From: a virus
IMG/VR virus record: IMGVR_UViG_3300032607_001425
Span: 1 to 64,000 of that record
Strand: one strand, 5' to 3'
Length of the DNA stretch: 64,000 nucleotides
In this document: positions 48,500 to 58,144 of the stretch, piece after piece
Layout: every line of letters starts with the position of its first letter
Position numbering within the stretch: position 1 is the first letter of the stretch
Position numbers and translations under genes: made by a program
Notes under the pieces: model-generated
Database searches by the model: none
The model's input: only the letters and a program-made list of their open reading frames with translations
Told to the model about the DNA's origin: nothing

Positions 48500-49242
48500 G
48501 TTAATCTATAACCATTATCTCTCACCCAATCAAATAATTTTGGATATGATTTGAATAAAGCCTCTCTTGTATCTCCTGCTGGCATGAAATATATCTTGTC
48601 TTGAGGAATATCCATCATTCGAATAAAATCTATTATCTCTCCTAGGGCTACTTGATCTTCTCCATCCCATACTGGTTTTAAATGGTAATCAGAATGATAT
48701 GTAATCATTTTAGACATTGCATCATAATTAAGTCTTAGCTTGTTGTGTTGCTTAATCATTTTTTCATCCGTAACATCTCCTTGAGGAGTAAGTACTCCGA
48801 CTTTAGGTATCGAGTTACTAAATTTAGGTGATATGGAAAGTAAATTAATAGGATAGTCAGTCTCCAGAAAATGACTTCCTTCAGTTTCAATAGTGATAAA
48901 TATCTTTCTTTCATGTGCAAAATGCGTTAGTTCATTTACTAATTTAGGCCACATAGTTGGGCTTCCGCCTGTAAGCATCATCTCTGTGATGTGTGGATTT
49001 TCATTATAAATCCTAATTATATCATCAAAACTATATTTTGATTTATCAGGATGGATACTCGTGTACCAACTGTCGCACCAACCGCCTTCACCGAAATAGC
49101 AGCGGTGAGTGCAGCCTGTAGTTCGAATTACTACTGTAGGGTATCCAGCTCTACTCCCCTCTGATTGCACCGCTGTATAGAGCTCAGTAATTGCTGAGAT
49201 TTTATTTTTCTCCGCTTCTGTCATTCTTGTTATTTGTCCCAT
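48454..49242 (-). CDS. queE: 7-carboxy-7-deazaguanine synthase (radical SAM)
   Basis: QSEG, RTTGCTHRC-x7-WCDS, TGG, IETEG, SISPK. Confidence 0.92.
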   Translation of the reverse strand: MGQITRMTEAEKNKISAITELYTAVQSEGSRAGYPTVVIRTTGCTHRCYFGEGGWCDSWYTSIHPDKSKYSFDDIIRIYNENPHITEMMLTGGSPTMWPKLVNELTHFAHERKIFITIETEGSHFLETDYPINLLSISPKFSNSIPKVGVLTPQGDVTDEKMIKQHNKLRLNYDAMSKMITYHSDYHLKPVWDGEDQVALGEIIDFIRMMDIPQDKIYFMPAGDTREALFKSYPKLFDWVRDNGYRLTWRPHIIAFQDQREV

Positions 49243-49715
49243 CGTAATGTTATGTGTTGATTTAGTAATTTATCTTTATATTTAATGTAGTATTCAATTA
49301 AGTAGTCCAACTCTCTTTGTTTACAATTCTCTTTAGAGGCCTCTTCTATTACTTCAAACTTAATCTTTTCAGGAGCATTATCGTAAGCAGCTTGTAAATA
49401 CTTATTGAAGTGATTACCTCTCTTTAAAGAGGCGTAGTGTCCTTGACTTCTCTCTCTCAATAAGCCTCTTCCTATATAGAATTCTTCAGTATCAATATTC
49501 CCTATTCTATAAATTCCATACCCACCTCTTAGTATAAAAGCCTTTGAATGTTTGCTAGAATTTCCTTTTTCCCTATTCCAAGACTTTCTACACTCTTTAC
49601 ACCTAGACTCTATTCCGTCTTTCCTACTTTTACTTTTGTAAAAATACTCGAATTCTAACTCCTTGCTGCAGATACAGCAGACTTTAGTTTTGGTACCTAC
49701 CGTATTGCTACCCAT
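49230..49715 (-). CDS. GIY-YIG homing endonuclease with Zn-binding N-terminus
   Basis: CxIC...CKEC; GIYRI...FYIG...R; HxNxxLQ. Confidence 0.8.
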   Translation of the reverse strand: MGSNTVGTKTKVCCICSKELEFEYFYKSKSRKDGIESRCKECRKSWNREKGNSSKHSKAFILRGGYGIYRIGNIDTEEFYIGRGLLRERSQGHYASLKRGNHFNKYLQAAYDNAPEKIKFEVIEEASKENCKQRELDYLIEYYIKYKDKLLNQHITLRWDK

Positions 49716-49999
49716 TCATAGGTAATTTTTTCTACTTTTTCTACTCTAGTTAGTTCTGAGAAATTATCTTCAAATCCATAATTATCATCCCAAACTACTT
49801 CATTAGTTTGCCATGTTCCTAAGTACTTATCAAAATCTTCTATATCTGTAAAATGATTTTTATGTTCTGGTAAAAATTCTATAATGTCTGTTCTATAAAA
49901 ATTGGATCCTCTTCTATGGTCCATATCGCTATCTATTGAGAATTCATCTATTTCATCAAACAATAATGGCTCTTCTTGGTATGTTACTCTGTTTATCAT
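49697..49999 (-). CDS. hypothetical acidic protein
   Basis: 100 aa ORF. Confidence 0.65.
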   Translation of the reverse strand: MINRVTYQEEPLLFDEIDEFSIDSDMDHRRGSNFYRTDIIEFLPEHKNHFTDIEDFDKYLGTWQTNEVVWDDNYGFEDNFSELTRVEKVEKITYEWVAIR

Positions 50000-50000
50000 C

Positions 50001-50540
50001 TTATCTTAGTTTAATTTGTAATTCAATTTTGTCTCCATTTGGTTTAGAGTATACAGCATGTGTTGGAGTTAATTCAAATTCCTGTCCTTTTAACATCTCA
50101 ACATATTTTTTACCAGTTCCTGGTTTTAAATAAGCAATAGTTGCATGAGGGTGATAATCAGGAAAATTTGTTGTATGAGGATATTTAGTCAATTCAGCAT
50201 TAGTTTCATGTAAGCTAGGACCTTTAACATTAAACTTAAATACATCGTATTGAGGATTATTAAATATAGAAGCATTAAATAATTTACAAGTTCCGAATTT
50301 AAATTTATCTAGAACATTAATTACATCCTCATCTGATACCTCTTCATGTAAACCAAATAATAGTGTAGTATGTGGTTCATCTTCAAAGCCAAATGATCTA
50401 TCACCTTCCTCGGTGTATGCATCTTCGGGGTTTATAACATTTTGGACTTTACTCATTTCAGGAAAATCAAAGTATAACATAGCACACCCGAACTCAAATT
50501 TCTGTTTTTCTTCCTTAAGAAGATCCATTAATTTTATCAT
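50001..50540 (-). CDS. 2H phosphoesterase, Acb1/gp57B-like
   Basis: PHTTLLFG and PHATIAY; likely start MIKLMDLLKEE (50540). Confidence 0.75.
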   Translation of the reverse strand: MIKLMDLLKEEKQKFEFGCAMLYFDFPEMSKVQNVINPEDAYTEEGDRSFGFEDEPHTTLLFGLHEEVSDEDVINVLDKFKFGTCKLFNASIFNNPQYDVFKFNVKGPSLHETNAELTKYPHTTNFPDYHPHATIAYLKPGTGKKYVEMLKGQEFELTPTHAVYSKPNGDKIELQIKLR

Positions 50541-50541
50541 C

Positions 50542-51006
50542 TTACTCTCCATATATTGCTGAATTTTTATGGTTTTCAAAAAATTGTACTTGAGTAACGT
50601 GGACTCTACCCGCTGTTTCCTCTTGTATGAATGCGTCTAGTTTTTCGTAAATATACTTTGCAAATTGCTCTGCTCCTATTACCGATAAGACTCTTACTTG
50701 AGCTACTCCTGCTTCATCCATTTTCTTAAACGATTCTAAGAAAGGATCATCCTCAGATACTATAAGAGTGTGGTCAAACATATAGTCCATCCACTCTTTT
50801 GCATTCATACCATCAATCTTTGTTTTTGCTCTTTTTAAAATTCCAAAATCAGCTACCCAGTTTCTATGGTCTAAGTCACCTTGAAAAGTAACATCAAAGT
50901 ATACGTCATAGCCATGTAGTTTCGAACAGTGCGTATCATCTGCTTTCCATTGACGAAATACCGTACTAAATCCTTCATACCTTTTTTTACTTCTAAATTT
51001 TTCCAT
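50542..51006 (-). CDS. queD: 6-carboxy-5,6,7,8-tetrahydropterin synthase
   Basis: HCSKLHGY, WVADFG, FDH, GAE, ExxKNSAIY. Confidence 0.9.
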   Translation of the reverse strand: MEKFRSKKRYEGFSTVFRQWKADDTHCSKLHGYDVYFDVTFQGDLDHRNWVADFGILKRAKTKIDGMNAKEWMDYMFDHTLIVSEDDPFLESFKKMDEAGVAQVRVLSVIGAEQFAKYIYEKLDAFIQEETAGRVHVTQVQFFENHKNSAIYGE

Positions 51007-51007
51007 T

Positions 51008-51730
51008 CTACTTTTTTATGTTTAAAGTTTGTAAATCTATTAAATTTGTATCAATTATATCGGATACCGTATAACTGCCGTACCCTGCTTCTCTAAAGGT
51101 CTTACCAATGTATATTCTATCATGTTCTTTCAGTTTATGATCAGTTGCAGCTACAGCTACTGCTGTTACTACTTTGTCTGGATTAGTGCATCTTCTACTT
51201 AGTGTACTCATGTCAATTCCTATTTCCCTATGTGCAATTTGTAATGAAGAGTAATTACCCAAAGGAGTAGTGTATATGTACTTGGTTTTTGCTCCTACTT
51301 TAAAAATATCTTGTTTAAATTCTACTAAAGAGCATGATCCTCTAAGTCCTGTTGATAGATGTAAATAACTGACCATTCCTACTAGTGGCTCCCTCTTAGC
51401 TCTTTTTTTTAGTTTAACCCGTAACTCTACCATCTCATTTTGAGATAATCCTGCATAAGTATTACCTCCTTCTCCACCTGTTGCTATATTATAAAATAAC
51501 TTACTTTGTACAGCATTTAGCAACTTTATCCATCTTACTTCTCCACTTCGGCAATCTTCTTTGTTGGAATACCTTTCTAGTATAATTCTAGTAAAGTTAT
51601 CTTTTCCGTACTTCTGTACTGCTCTTTTTAATAATTTACCTGACCCTAGGTAATTATCAGACTCCGGTCCTTCGTACTTACCTACATAACTCTTCCCATT
51701 AAACAAACATACTGTGAGATATACAAACAT
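51008..51730 (-). CDS. GIY-YIG homing endonuclease (Seg-like)
   Basis: FVYLTVCLFNGKSYVGK, YLGSG, KYGKDNF, YNIxxGG. Confidence 0.85.
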   Translation of the reverse strand: MFVYLTVCLFNGKSYVGKYEGPESDNYLGSGKLLKRAVQKYGKDNFTRIILERYSNKEDCRSGEVRWIKLLNAVQSKLFYNIATGGEGGNTYAGLSQNEMVELRVKLKKRAKREPLVGMVSYLHLSTGLRGSCSLVEFKQDIFKVGAKTKYIYTTPLGNYSSLQIAHREIGIDMSTLSRRCTNPDKVVTAVAVAATDHKLKEHDRIYIGKTFREAGYGSYTVSDIIDTNLIDLQTLNIKK

Positions 51731-51765
51731 ACTTTTTTATAATAAATAGTACCGAAGTCTAAGAA

Positions 51766-51813
51766 CTAGAGTTTGGAGGTACTAAAGATCTTTGTTGATT
51801 GAAATTTATTCAT
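51766..51813 (-). pseudogene. queD: orphan queD 5' fragment (MNKFQSTKIF...)
   Basis: 15-aa ORF behind its own promoter, aligns with the QueD N-terminus MEKFRSKKRY. Confidence 0.55.
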
Positions 51814-51841
51814 TTATTTGTTTTTATATAATGTACGAACT

Positions 51842-52492
51842 TTATTTTAAGATTCCAAACTTTTTATTAGATTTTTTTATATTATCTTGAGCCCACAGTG
51901 GTTGAAAATTTGTGTAATGATTTAGTTTATAAATTTCTTCTAAGGTTTGTGCAGATGAAATTGGGATAATATGATCAAAATGCCACTCACCATGGTTACT
52001 TAATGTCATACCTTCCTGAAATTTGTGCTCGATGTATATTAAAAATTCCTGCATTGAGCATCCTAAAATCTCTTCAGTAAGTTTGCTCTTTTTATAAAGT
52101 CCTTTACAAGCTCTACCAAAAGAACCTCCTACTAATGCCCTTACGCCACATATGGTTTTAAATAAAGGATCTACTTCTCTTCTACGAGTTGCATATTCTT
52201 GAGTACGTTTTTTAACATGCTCTATATTATTTTTATAATATTCAGAATAGCTATTAGGATTTTTTTCTTCCCACTGTTTCATATAGTTAGGATTTTGCTC
52301 CATCCATTCCTTTAGGTAATTAGGGTTTTCTAAATACCATTTTTGAAGATAATCAGGATTTTTTTCTCTCCAACTAGTATTCCTTATTTTACAACATTCT
52401 TTACATTCCCCAAACCTACCATCTAGGTTTCTTACATTCTTATAGTAATCTTCTAATAACTTTTCTTGATTACAAGTTATACATTTTTTCAT
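51842..52492 (-). CDS. HNH homing endonuclease
   Basis: KKCxxC...CKEC; NP[DN]Y repeats; LGCS, WHFDHIIP, NHYTNFQPLW. Confidence 0.85.
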   Translation of the reverse strand: MKKCITCNQEKLLEDYYKNVRNLDGRFGECKECCKIRNTSWREKNPDYLQKWYLENPNYLKEWMEQNPNYMKQWEEKNPNSYSEYYKNNIEHVKKRTQEYATRRREVDPLFKTICGVRALVGGSFGRACKGLYKKSKLTEEILGCSMQEFLIYIEHKFQEGMTLSNHGEWHFDHIIPISSAQTLEEIYKLNHYTNFQPLWAQDNIKKSNKKFGILK

Positions 52493-52588
52493 AATAAAAA
52501 AAAGCTTAGGCTTTCGAGGTCGGACGCTCTACTTGCCATAAGCTTTAAATTGATGTTTTCGATATAAATATAGGTCCGACGCTATGCA
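52493..52588 (-). ncRNA. conserved structured leader RNA, copy B
   Basis: AUAG-CGUCGGAC-CUAU; AAAGCUUA-U-GGC-AAGUA-GAG-CGUCCGAC-CUC-GAAA-GCC-UAAGCUUU. Confidence 0.8.
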
Positions 52589-52627
52589 TATAAATATCGA
52601 CTTTTTATGAAAAGTACGGTTTATTTT

Positions 52628-52969
52628 TTAATTCTTCCAAAATAATTGCACACCCATTATTGCTAATGCCAATCCAAGGCAGATTAAAGTCTTCAAAGAT
52701 AAGGGCTCTCTAAACCAAGCCCAAGACATTATAGTAAAAACTATTGCTCCTATAGCAAATCCTAGTAAACGTGAAGGCCAAAGCTGGCCTTCAAAATGTG
52801 CTACCATATACTTGACTGATGCTAGGTATAGAAGTGATAGAGGAAATCCTAAAAGAGCCATGTAGATTGGATTATCTTTTGCCCATTCAAACTTAAATTG
52901 ACCTTGTAGTTGTACGAATGTAAGTATTTGTGCTAATATTCCTAATATTAATCCTAGTATAAAATTCAT
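52628..52969 (-). CDS. small 4-TM membrane protein (SMR/DMT-like)
   Basis: four hydrophobic helices, FxExLS before the last TM. Confidence 0.7.
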   Translation of the reverse strand: MNFILGLILGILAQILTFVQLQGQFKFEWAKDNPIYMALLGFPLSLLYLASVKYMVAHFEGQLWPSRLLGFAIGAIVFTIMSWAWFREPLSLKTLICLGLALAIMGVQLFWKN

Positions 52970-52970
52970 A

Positions 52971-54182
52971 TTAATTGCTTAAAGGTGCTTTGATTGTTGG
53001 GTGTGATTGGTAATCCTTTACTATGAAATCATCATTGTTTAAATGGCCTATCAAGCTTATTCTATTAGATAACGATTCGTAATAAGCGTCTGCTTTCAAA
53101 TGAACTAAGGTTGGTAATGCATAAGGTTGTCTTGTTCTAATTGGAGTTGGTTCGTAATAATCATTATCAAAATCAGGTAAGTTATTTGGATCAAAATTTC
53201 TTTCCATACCTGTTTCATAGTTATTGGTAAACCAAATATCGTATCTCTCTTCATCACTTAACTGTCTACCAATTTGTTCCTTTGCTTGTTCAATGTGATT
53301 TGAGTATAAATGAACATCTCCTAGATTTCCAATCAACTGGTCAGGAACCATATTAGCTTGTTTTGCAATTATTTCTAGTAACAATCCATAAGAAGCAATG
53401 TTGAATGGTAAACCTAAAAAGGTATCTACTGAACGTTGATTCCACATTAATGAGATTGCTCTATACTTTCCAGGATTGGTAATTTTTTCTTCTCTAGTTG
53501 TTGCTCTTGTATAAACTTGAAATCCATAATGACAAGGAGGTAGAGTCATTTGATCTAATTCTCCAACATTCCAAGCATTGACCATTAATCGTCTTGAGTC
53601 TGGATTTGTTTTAAGTTCGTTGATTAGATTTTGAATTTGGTCTATGTATCCGAAGGTGTCTGTTGCTGAGATGCTACCATTAGAAGTTTTATTTTTTCCT
53701 ATCCACTTTCTCCATTGTTTACCATAAATTGGACCTAACTCACCCCACTTGTTAGCAAACTCATCATCTCTTTTGATTGTATAGATGAACTCTTCTTGAG
53801 TCAAAAGTCTTATTTCATCCCCTACAACAAGTAGTAGTCTGTCATAAATCATATCATCCAAATCCCCAACGTCAGATTTCAACCACATTTTATCAACAGT
53901 ATCAACGTAGTTTTTATAAGCATCACCATCCCATATATGACAATTATTATCAACCAAATATTTAATATTTGTATCACCTCGAAGGAACCAAAGTAGTTCT
54001 GTTACAATTGTTTTGAATGGCATCTTCTTTGTTGTTAGAAGTGGAAAACCATCTTTCATATTGTGACGTATTTGTCTACCGAATATTGAGGTTGTTCCTG
54101 TACCTGTTCTGTCTTGTTTCTGTACTCCGTTGTCAAGAATGTCTTGGAGTAGGTCTATGTATTGCTTATCTAAAGTTGCCAT
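52971..54182 (-). CDS. thyA: thymidylate synthase with insertions
   Basis: DRTGTGT, FPLLTTK, ELLWF, DSRR, LPPCH, QRSVDxFLGLPFN. Confidence 0.95.
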   Translation of the reverse strand: MATLDKQYIDLLQDILDNGVQKQDRTGTGTTSIFGRQIRHNMKDGFPLLTTKKMPFKTIVTELLWFLRGDTNIKYLVDNNCHIWDGDAYKNYVDTVDKMWLKSDVGDLDDMIYDRLLLVVGDEIRLLTQEEFIYTIKRDDEFANKWGELGPIYGKQWRKWIGKNKTSNGSISATDTFGYIDQIQNLINELKTNPDSRRLMVNAWNVGELDQMTLPPCHYGFQVYTRATTREEKITNPGKYRAISLMWNQRSVDTFLGLPFNIASYGLLLEIIAKQANMVPDQLIGNLGDVHLYSNHIEQAKEQIGRQLSDEERYDIWFTNNYETGMERNFDPNNLPDFDNDYYEPTPIRTRQPYALPTLVHLKADAYYESLSNRISLIGHLNNDDFIVKDYQSHPTIKAPLSN

Positions 54183-54184
54183 AA

Positions 54185-54529
54185 TTATAAATTGTTTATT
54201 ACTGCTTCCAACATTCTAGTTTCATTTTTGAAGATTACATCTTCAGATTTTTGCCTATCAATTTCCATTGCCCCTTCTATTAAATCTACAAGCATATTAA
54301 ATGCTTTAGGATGAATAATTTTTGCACAAAAGAATTTAGAATTTGTTATCTGAATTCCATTATCTCTTATCATTATTTCATAATGTTTTGCAGTATTGGA
54401 TAAATAATACTTGTGAGAGATTGGTGCCATCCTTAAAGATGTTTTAGGATGTTCTAATAGCTTTGTAACAATATCAATGAATTGTTGTTCTTGAAGTGTT
54501 GGCGTGTACTTGAAAAATTTATTAAACAT
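54185..54529 (-). CDS. hypothetical protein
   Basis: 114 aa ORF with own promoter. Confidence 0.7.
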   Translation of the reverse strand: MFNKFFKYTPTLQEQQFIDIVTKLLEHPKTSLRMAPISHKYYLSNTAKHYEIMIRDNGIQITNSKFFCAKIIHPKAFNMLVDLIEGAMEIDRQKSEDVIFKNETRMLEAVINNL

Positions 54530-54607
54530 AACCTTTATTTTTATTTGTTTCTAATACTTAAATATACGAAAAAAGACCTGCGTAAGCAAGCCTTTTATTA
54601 TTTATTT

Positions 54608-55411
54608 TTACATTTCTTCGATAGGAGTGTACCCTACTATTGCTTGTGGAGGAATGTTTTGATAGGTATAAGCTCCTTGTCCTTTAAAATTTGGATCTTC
54701 GTAGAAAGCTCCTTTAAGTAGGCTAGTATCAATAGTTAGCTCTACTCCTTGATTCTTTCCAAAATGTTGCTTTAAACCTCTAAATAAAAAGTCAGAATCC
54801 TTCTTAGAAAGTGAAACATATATTCTTTCAGGATGTGCTGATCTCTTTTCTAATGTTTTTGGTGTGAGTCCTATTTGTTTAATTTTATCTACAAATCTTG
54901 TTGTTGTAGTATGGTAAACATACTTTGGAATCTCTACTTCTGGATCATATTTAGCTTCGAAAAAGAATTTAAGGTAAGGAGGCTGTTCATTTAAAACTAA
55001 CTCCCTAAACTTAGAAGAGCTATACTTCATTGAATATTGTTGATTATTATCGTTAAGAGAAGGAAATAGGATCGATTTAGGTTTTTGTTGATTGGGGTTG
55101 TTAAGTTTATAATATACTACGCTAGGAAAATATCCTAAGTTATTTGCTAGTTGAATTACTTTTGATATTTTAGGATCATATAAAGTTCCTGTACTGTACT
55201 TACTACTTTGTTCTGTAGCATAAGTAGGTTTGAATCCTAGTACAATAGTGTTACCATCATTTAAGAAATCAAGTTCAGGGTAATTTTCAACCTCTCTACC
55301 TAGAACTTCCATGGCCTGCTGTATAGGCACTGTCCTAGTCAGTCCTTCCTGTAAGTCTCCTGTAAACGGATCAAAAACAATCCCCCTTATTAAATCCTTT
55401 AATTTAATCAT
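54608..55411 (-). CDS. late protein with C-terminal ADP-ribosyltransferase/Tpt1-like domain
   Basis: YHTT...IxxxGLxP...IYVS...LxID...YxxxxIPPxAI; late-type promoter at 55421. Confidence 0.6.
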   Translation of the reverse strand: MIKLKDLIRGIVFDPFTGDLQEGLTRTVPIQQAMEVLGREVENYPELDFLNDGNTIVLGFKPTYATEQSSKYSTGTLYDPKISKVIQLANNLGYFPSVVYYKLNNPNQQKPKSILFPSLNDNNQQYSMKYSSSKFRELVLNEQPPYLKFFFEAKYDPEVEIPKYVYHTTTTRFVDKIKQIGLTPKTLEKRSAHPERIYVSLSKKDSDFLFRGLKQHFGKNQGVELTIDTSLLKGAFYEDPNFKGQGAYTYQNIPPQAIVGYTPIEEM

Positions 55412-55428
55412 ACTTTTTATAATAAATA

Positions 55429-56151
55429 TTATATAAATTCTATTGTATTTGTTTCCTTATCCCAATCAAACGTCATTGGCTTTTGAGTGTACTCATAACT
55501 CTCATCCAATACAGATGCATTGAAGAAGTGAGTACCATCTTTAAACTCATAACCATATCCTGAATGGATATGACCGCAAACGTGAATTTTAGGCCTTATT
55601 TGTTCTATTCTTTGTGCCAATAACTCACATCCTAAACCATCCCACTCTCTTCCTTTTACTGTATCTAAAGTTCCAAATGCTGGACCATGTGTAACTAGAA
55701 TGTCTGTGTTGTCAGGAATTGCTTCCCACTTACCTGCTAACTGTATTCCATTTTTAGGTAAATTGAATGCCCAAGAATAGAATTCAGGTTGCCAAGGGGA
55801 TCCATAAATACGAATGTTGTTCTCAGGCATATCTCCATTTGGACCATCACCATACAATGCTATTTGTTCATCTTGTAGATAGTCAATTAATGGAAAATCT
55901 TTTAGATATCCTTTCACATCCTCAGGATGATTCTCAAACATTCTATCATGATTACCTGCTATGAATATTTTATCTTCATATTGCTTTAGGGATTGGAACC
56001 AATTACAGAAGCTCCAGATATCATTTCTATTGTATCCTGAGTTCATTATGTCTCCTGCATGGATGAGAATATCTCCTCCAGGTAAATCCTCCATTGGGAT
56101 TAGTCCATGTCTTGTATGTGTGTCCGATAATACTGTTATACGTGTTTTCAT
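55429..56151 (-). CDS. metallophosphoesterase (MPPED-like)
   Basis: SDTH, HAGD, GNHD, THGP, GHIH. Confidence 0.9.
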   Translation of the reverse strand: MKTRITVLSDTHTRHGLIPMEDLPGGDILIHAGDIMNSGYNRNDIWSFCNWFQSLKQYEDKIFIAGNHDRMFENHPEDVKGYLKDFPLIDYLQDEQIALYGDGPNGDMPENNIRIYGSPWQPEFYSWAFNLPKNGIQLAGKWEAIPDNTDILVTHGPAFGTLDTVKGREWDGLGCELLAQRIEQIRPKIHVCGHIHSGYGYEFKDGTHFFNASVLDESYEYTQKPMTFDWDKETNTIEFI

Positions 56152-56249
56152 TTTATTCTCCTCCTCCTTTTTTAATTAAAAAATACCAAAACCAAATTAC
56201 TTTGGATCTTATTAGTTCGTATGCTATCCAAATTAGAATGTACTTCATT

Positions 56250-56492
56250 TTATCTGTTTAAAGATTTTAAATAAATTGCTTGTTGTCTGATTCCAAATTC
56301 TCTTGTAAGAATATTTACATGCATTTGATTTTTCATAAACATCTCCAGTCCAACTATCATTTCAGTAGCATCAAACTTTTTTGATCTACCTTGAATTTTT
56401 AAATCTTCATCAGCAAGTTTTAGCATTAAATATCCTAATTCGGTTTCACTTTCACATTGATTAACTTCTTGCCATTTTTGTAATTCTGTCAT
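56250..56492 (-). CDS. hypothetical protein
   Basis: 80 aa ORF with own promoter. Confidence 0.65.
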   Translation of the reverse strand: MTELQKWQEVNQCESETELGYLMLKLADEDLKIQGRSKKFDATEMIVGLEMFMKNQMHVNILTREFGIRQQAIYLKSLNR

Positions 56493-56527
56493 AACTTTAC
56501 CTTTTTATATAACTAAATATACGAAAT

Positions 56528-56890
56528 TTATTTCGATAAAACAAATAATTCATAACAAGAATTTTCAGTTGAAAATTTTATGTAATCGTCTCTGTGCTCT
56601 ACAATTTCAGTTACTATAGTAGTTTGCCAAATAAAAAACTCATTGAATGGAGACATAATTAAACTTGTATTAACTGCAATGTTTGGTGATTCTCCTTTAT
56701 ACCTTCCTTGCTCATTAAACTCTAACCACTTTATGTCTTTAGAGGTTTTTGTTAATTGGTCTCTTTCTCGAACTAGTTTATATTTATGCTCTTCTGGATT
56801 CCCAAAAACCATTTCAAACATTTGATCTAAATGTAAAGTATTACCATCTGCTTGAGATAGTAGTACTTTTGGCTGTGCTCCTGCTATCAT
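56528..56890 (-). CDS. conserved phage hypothetical protein
   Basis: WQTT.VTEI...FxTxNSxY. Confidence 0.7.
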   Translation of the reverse strand: MIAGAQPKVLLSQADGNTLHLDQMFEMVFGNPEEHKYKLVRERDQLTKTSKDIKWLEFNEQGRYKGESPNIAVNTSLIMSPFNEFFIWQTTIVTEIVEHRDDYIKFSTENSCYELFVLSK

Positions 56891-57099
56891 AATTCTTTTT
56901 CTTTTTTGTAGATTGCTAATAGTTCTTCGTATGTCTTAAGTGCTTTATCATTACGCCATTCACACCAATAAGCAAATCCAATAGCAAATTCATCAGCTAC
57001 TTTTTCGTGTTCAATAGATACAAGTTCTACCATTCCTTCATAATGTTCATCTTCTTCATCATTGATAAACCATTGTTGAAATTTTTCTTTTAGTGTCAT
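56887..57099 (-). CDS. hypothetical protein
   Basis: 70 aa, FAIGFAxW motif. Confidence 0.65.
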   Translation of the reverse strand: MTLKEKFQQWFINDEEDEHYEGMVELVSIEHEKVADEFAIGFAYWCEWRNDKALKTYEELLAIYKKEKEL

Positions 57100-57102
57100 A
57101 AC

Positions 57103-57510
57103 TTATACTGTATGTTGAATTTGTACTCTTACACAATTTTGAGGTAAACGATGTATGTGTCTGTAGTTGTTAATGTACCCCATCATGTTACCACTTCCAA
57201 CTGCATTTGCAGAATGTACTACAACATCAACAACACAACCTCCATCAAGCCATTGATTGACCAACCATTTAGTACAATCCATTCCAGTTTTCTCTTTAAT
57301 ATTGTCATAATTCAATTCATAATTGTAGTAAACATTTTTATGCCATTCAGCCATTGCTGTATCTCCTAAATCGTGATCTAGAGAAATTACATCTATGTTT
57401 TCTAATCCAATGTAAGTAACTGTATCGACAAATTGCTCGTAGTTTCTTACTACAGTCCAAGATGTATCAACTGGTGTTCTTACATCATCTAGGTATATTT
57501 TCTTTTTCAT
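57103..57510 (-). CDS. cyclic-phosphate-processing receiver-domain protein
   Basis: YLDDVRxP, VRNY, SLDHDLG, GxD, HSANxxG. Confidence 0.8.
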   Translation of the reverse strand: MKKKIYLDDVRTPVDTSWTVVRNYEQFVDTVTYIGLENIDVISLDHDLGDTAMAEWHKNVYYNYELNYDNIKEKTGMDCTKWLVNQWLDGGCVVDVVVHSANAVGSGNMMGYINNYRHIHRLPQNCVRVQIQHTV

Positions 57511-57520
57511 TTTATTTGTT

Positions 57521-58144
57521 TTAATCCCACCACCCTTGAATCTGACTTTCCATTATTTTAAATAATAGTTTGTGTGCTCTTTGGTGGTTAATGTGAGCAA
57601 TATTCATTGCAATTCTCTGTTTTCTATCAGTACTAACGTTATCGTGATCTCCTAAAGAAAAGACACCTTCACCATTCATAACTCTTTTATAAATTAAAGG
57701 GTATTTTTTGAAGTAGTCATCAAACTTTTCCCATACTAATTCACTATTCATTAGAGACGAATCTGGTCTGTCTTCGCAAGGTGTAAACCATACCCTGTCT
57801 TTATGGTAATCCATATACTCCATTACATACTCCTCTTCTTGCACTTTTTGCATTAACTTAACACATATTCTCATATTACGAGCATCTTGCTGGGCACGAG
57901 TATGTCTATCCTTTGCTCCAATATAATCGGCTTGAGCTTTTAATTTATGTTTTAGTATTTCGTAGATGTAGTGCGAATCCCAATTTCTATCTTTCCAAAT
58001 GATTGGAAACCAATACCAAACGTTTTTTACTCCTTGTTTAAAGTATTTGTGATAATACTTTCCATCATGATTCCACCAAAGCTGTACCTTTCTAAGTATG
58101 TTTGGTCTAGGTCTGTTTTCTAATTCTTCGAAAAAATCTTCCAT
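57521..58144 (-). CDS. conserved phage hypothetical protein
   Basis: WxxIIWKDRxWD...WWD. Confidence 0.75.
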   Translation of the reverse strand: MEDFFEELENRPRPNILRKVQLWWNHDGKYYHKYFKQGVKNVWYWFPIIWKDRNWDSHYIYEILKHKLKAQADYIGAKDRHTRAQQDARNMRICVKLMQKVQEEEYVMEYMDYHKDRVWFTPCEDRPDSSLMNSELVWEKFDDYFKKYPLIYKRVMNGEGVFSLGDHDNVSTDRKQRIAMNIAHINHQRAHKLLFKIMESQIQGWWD

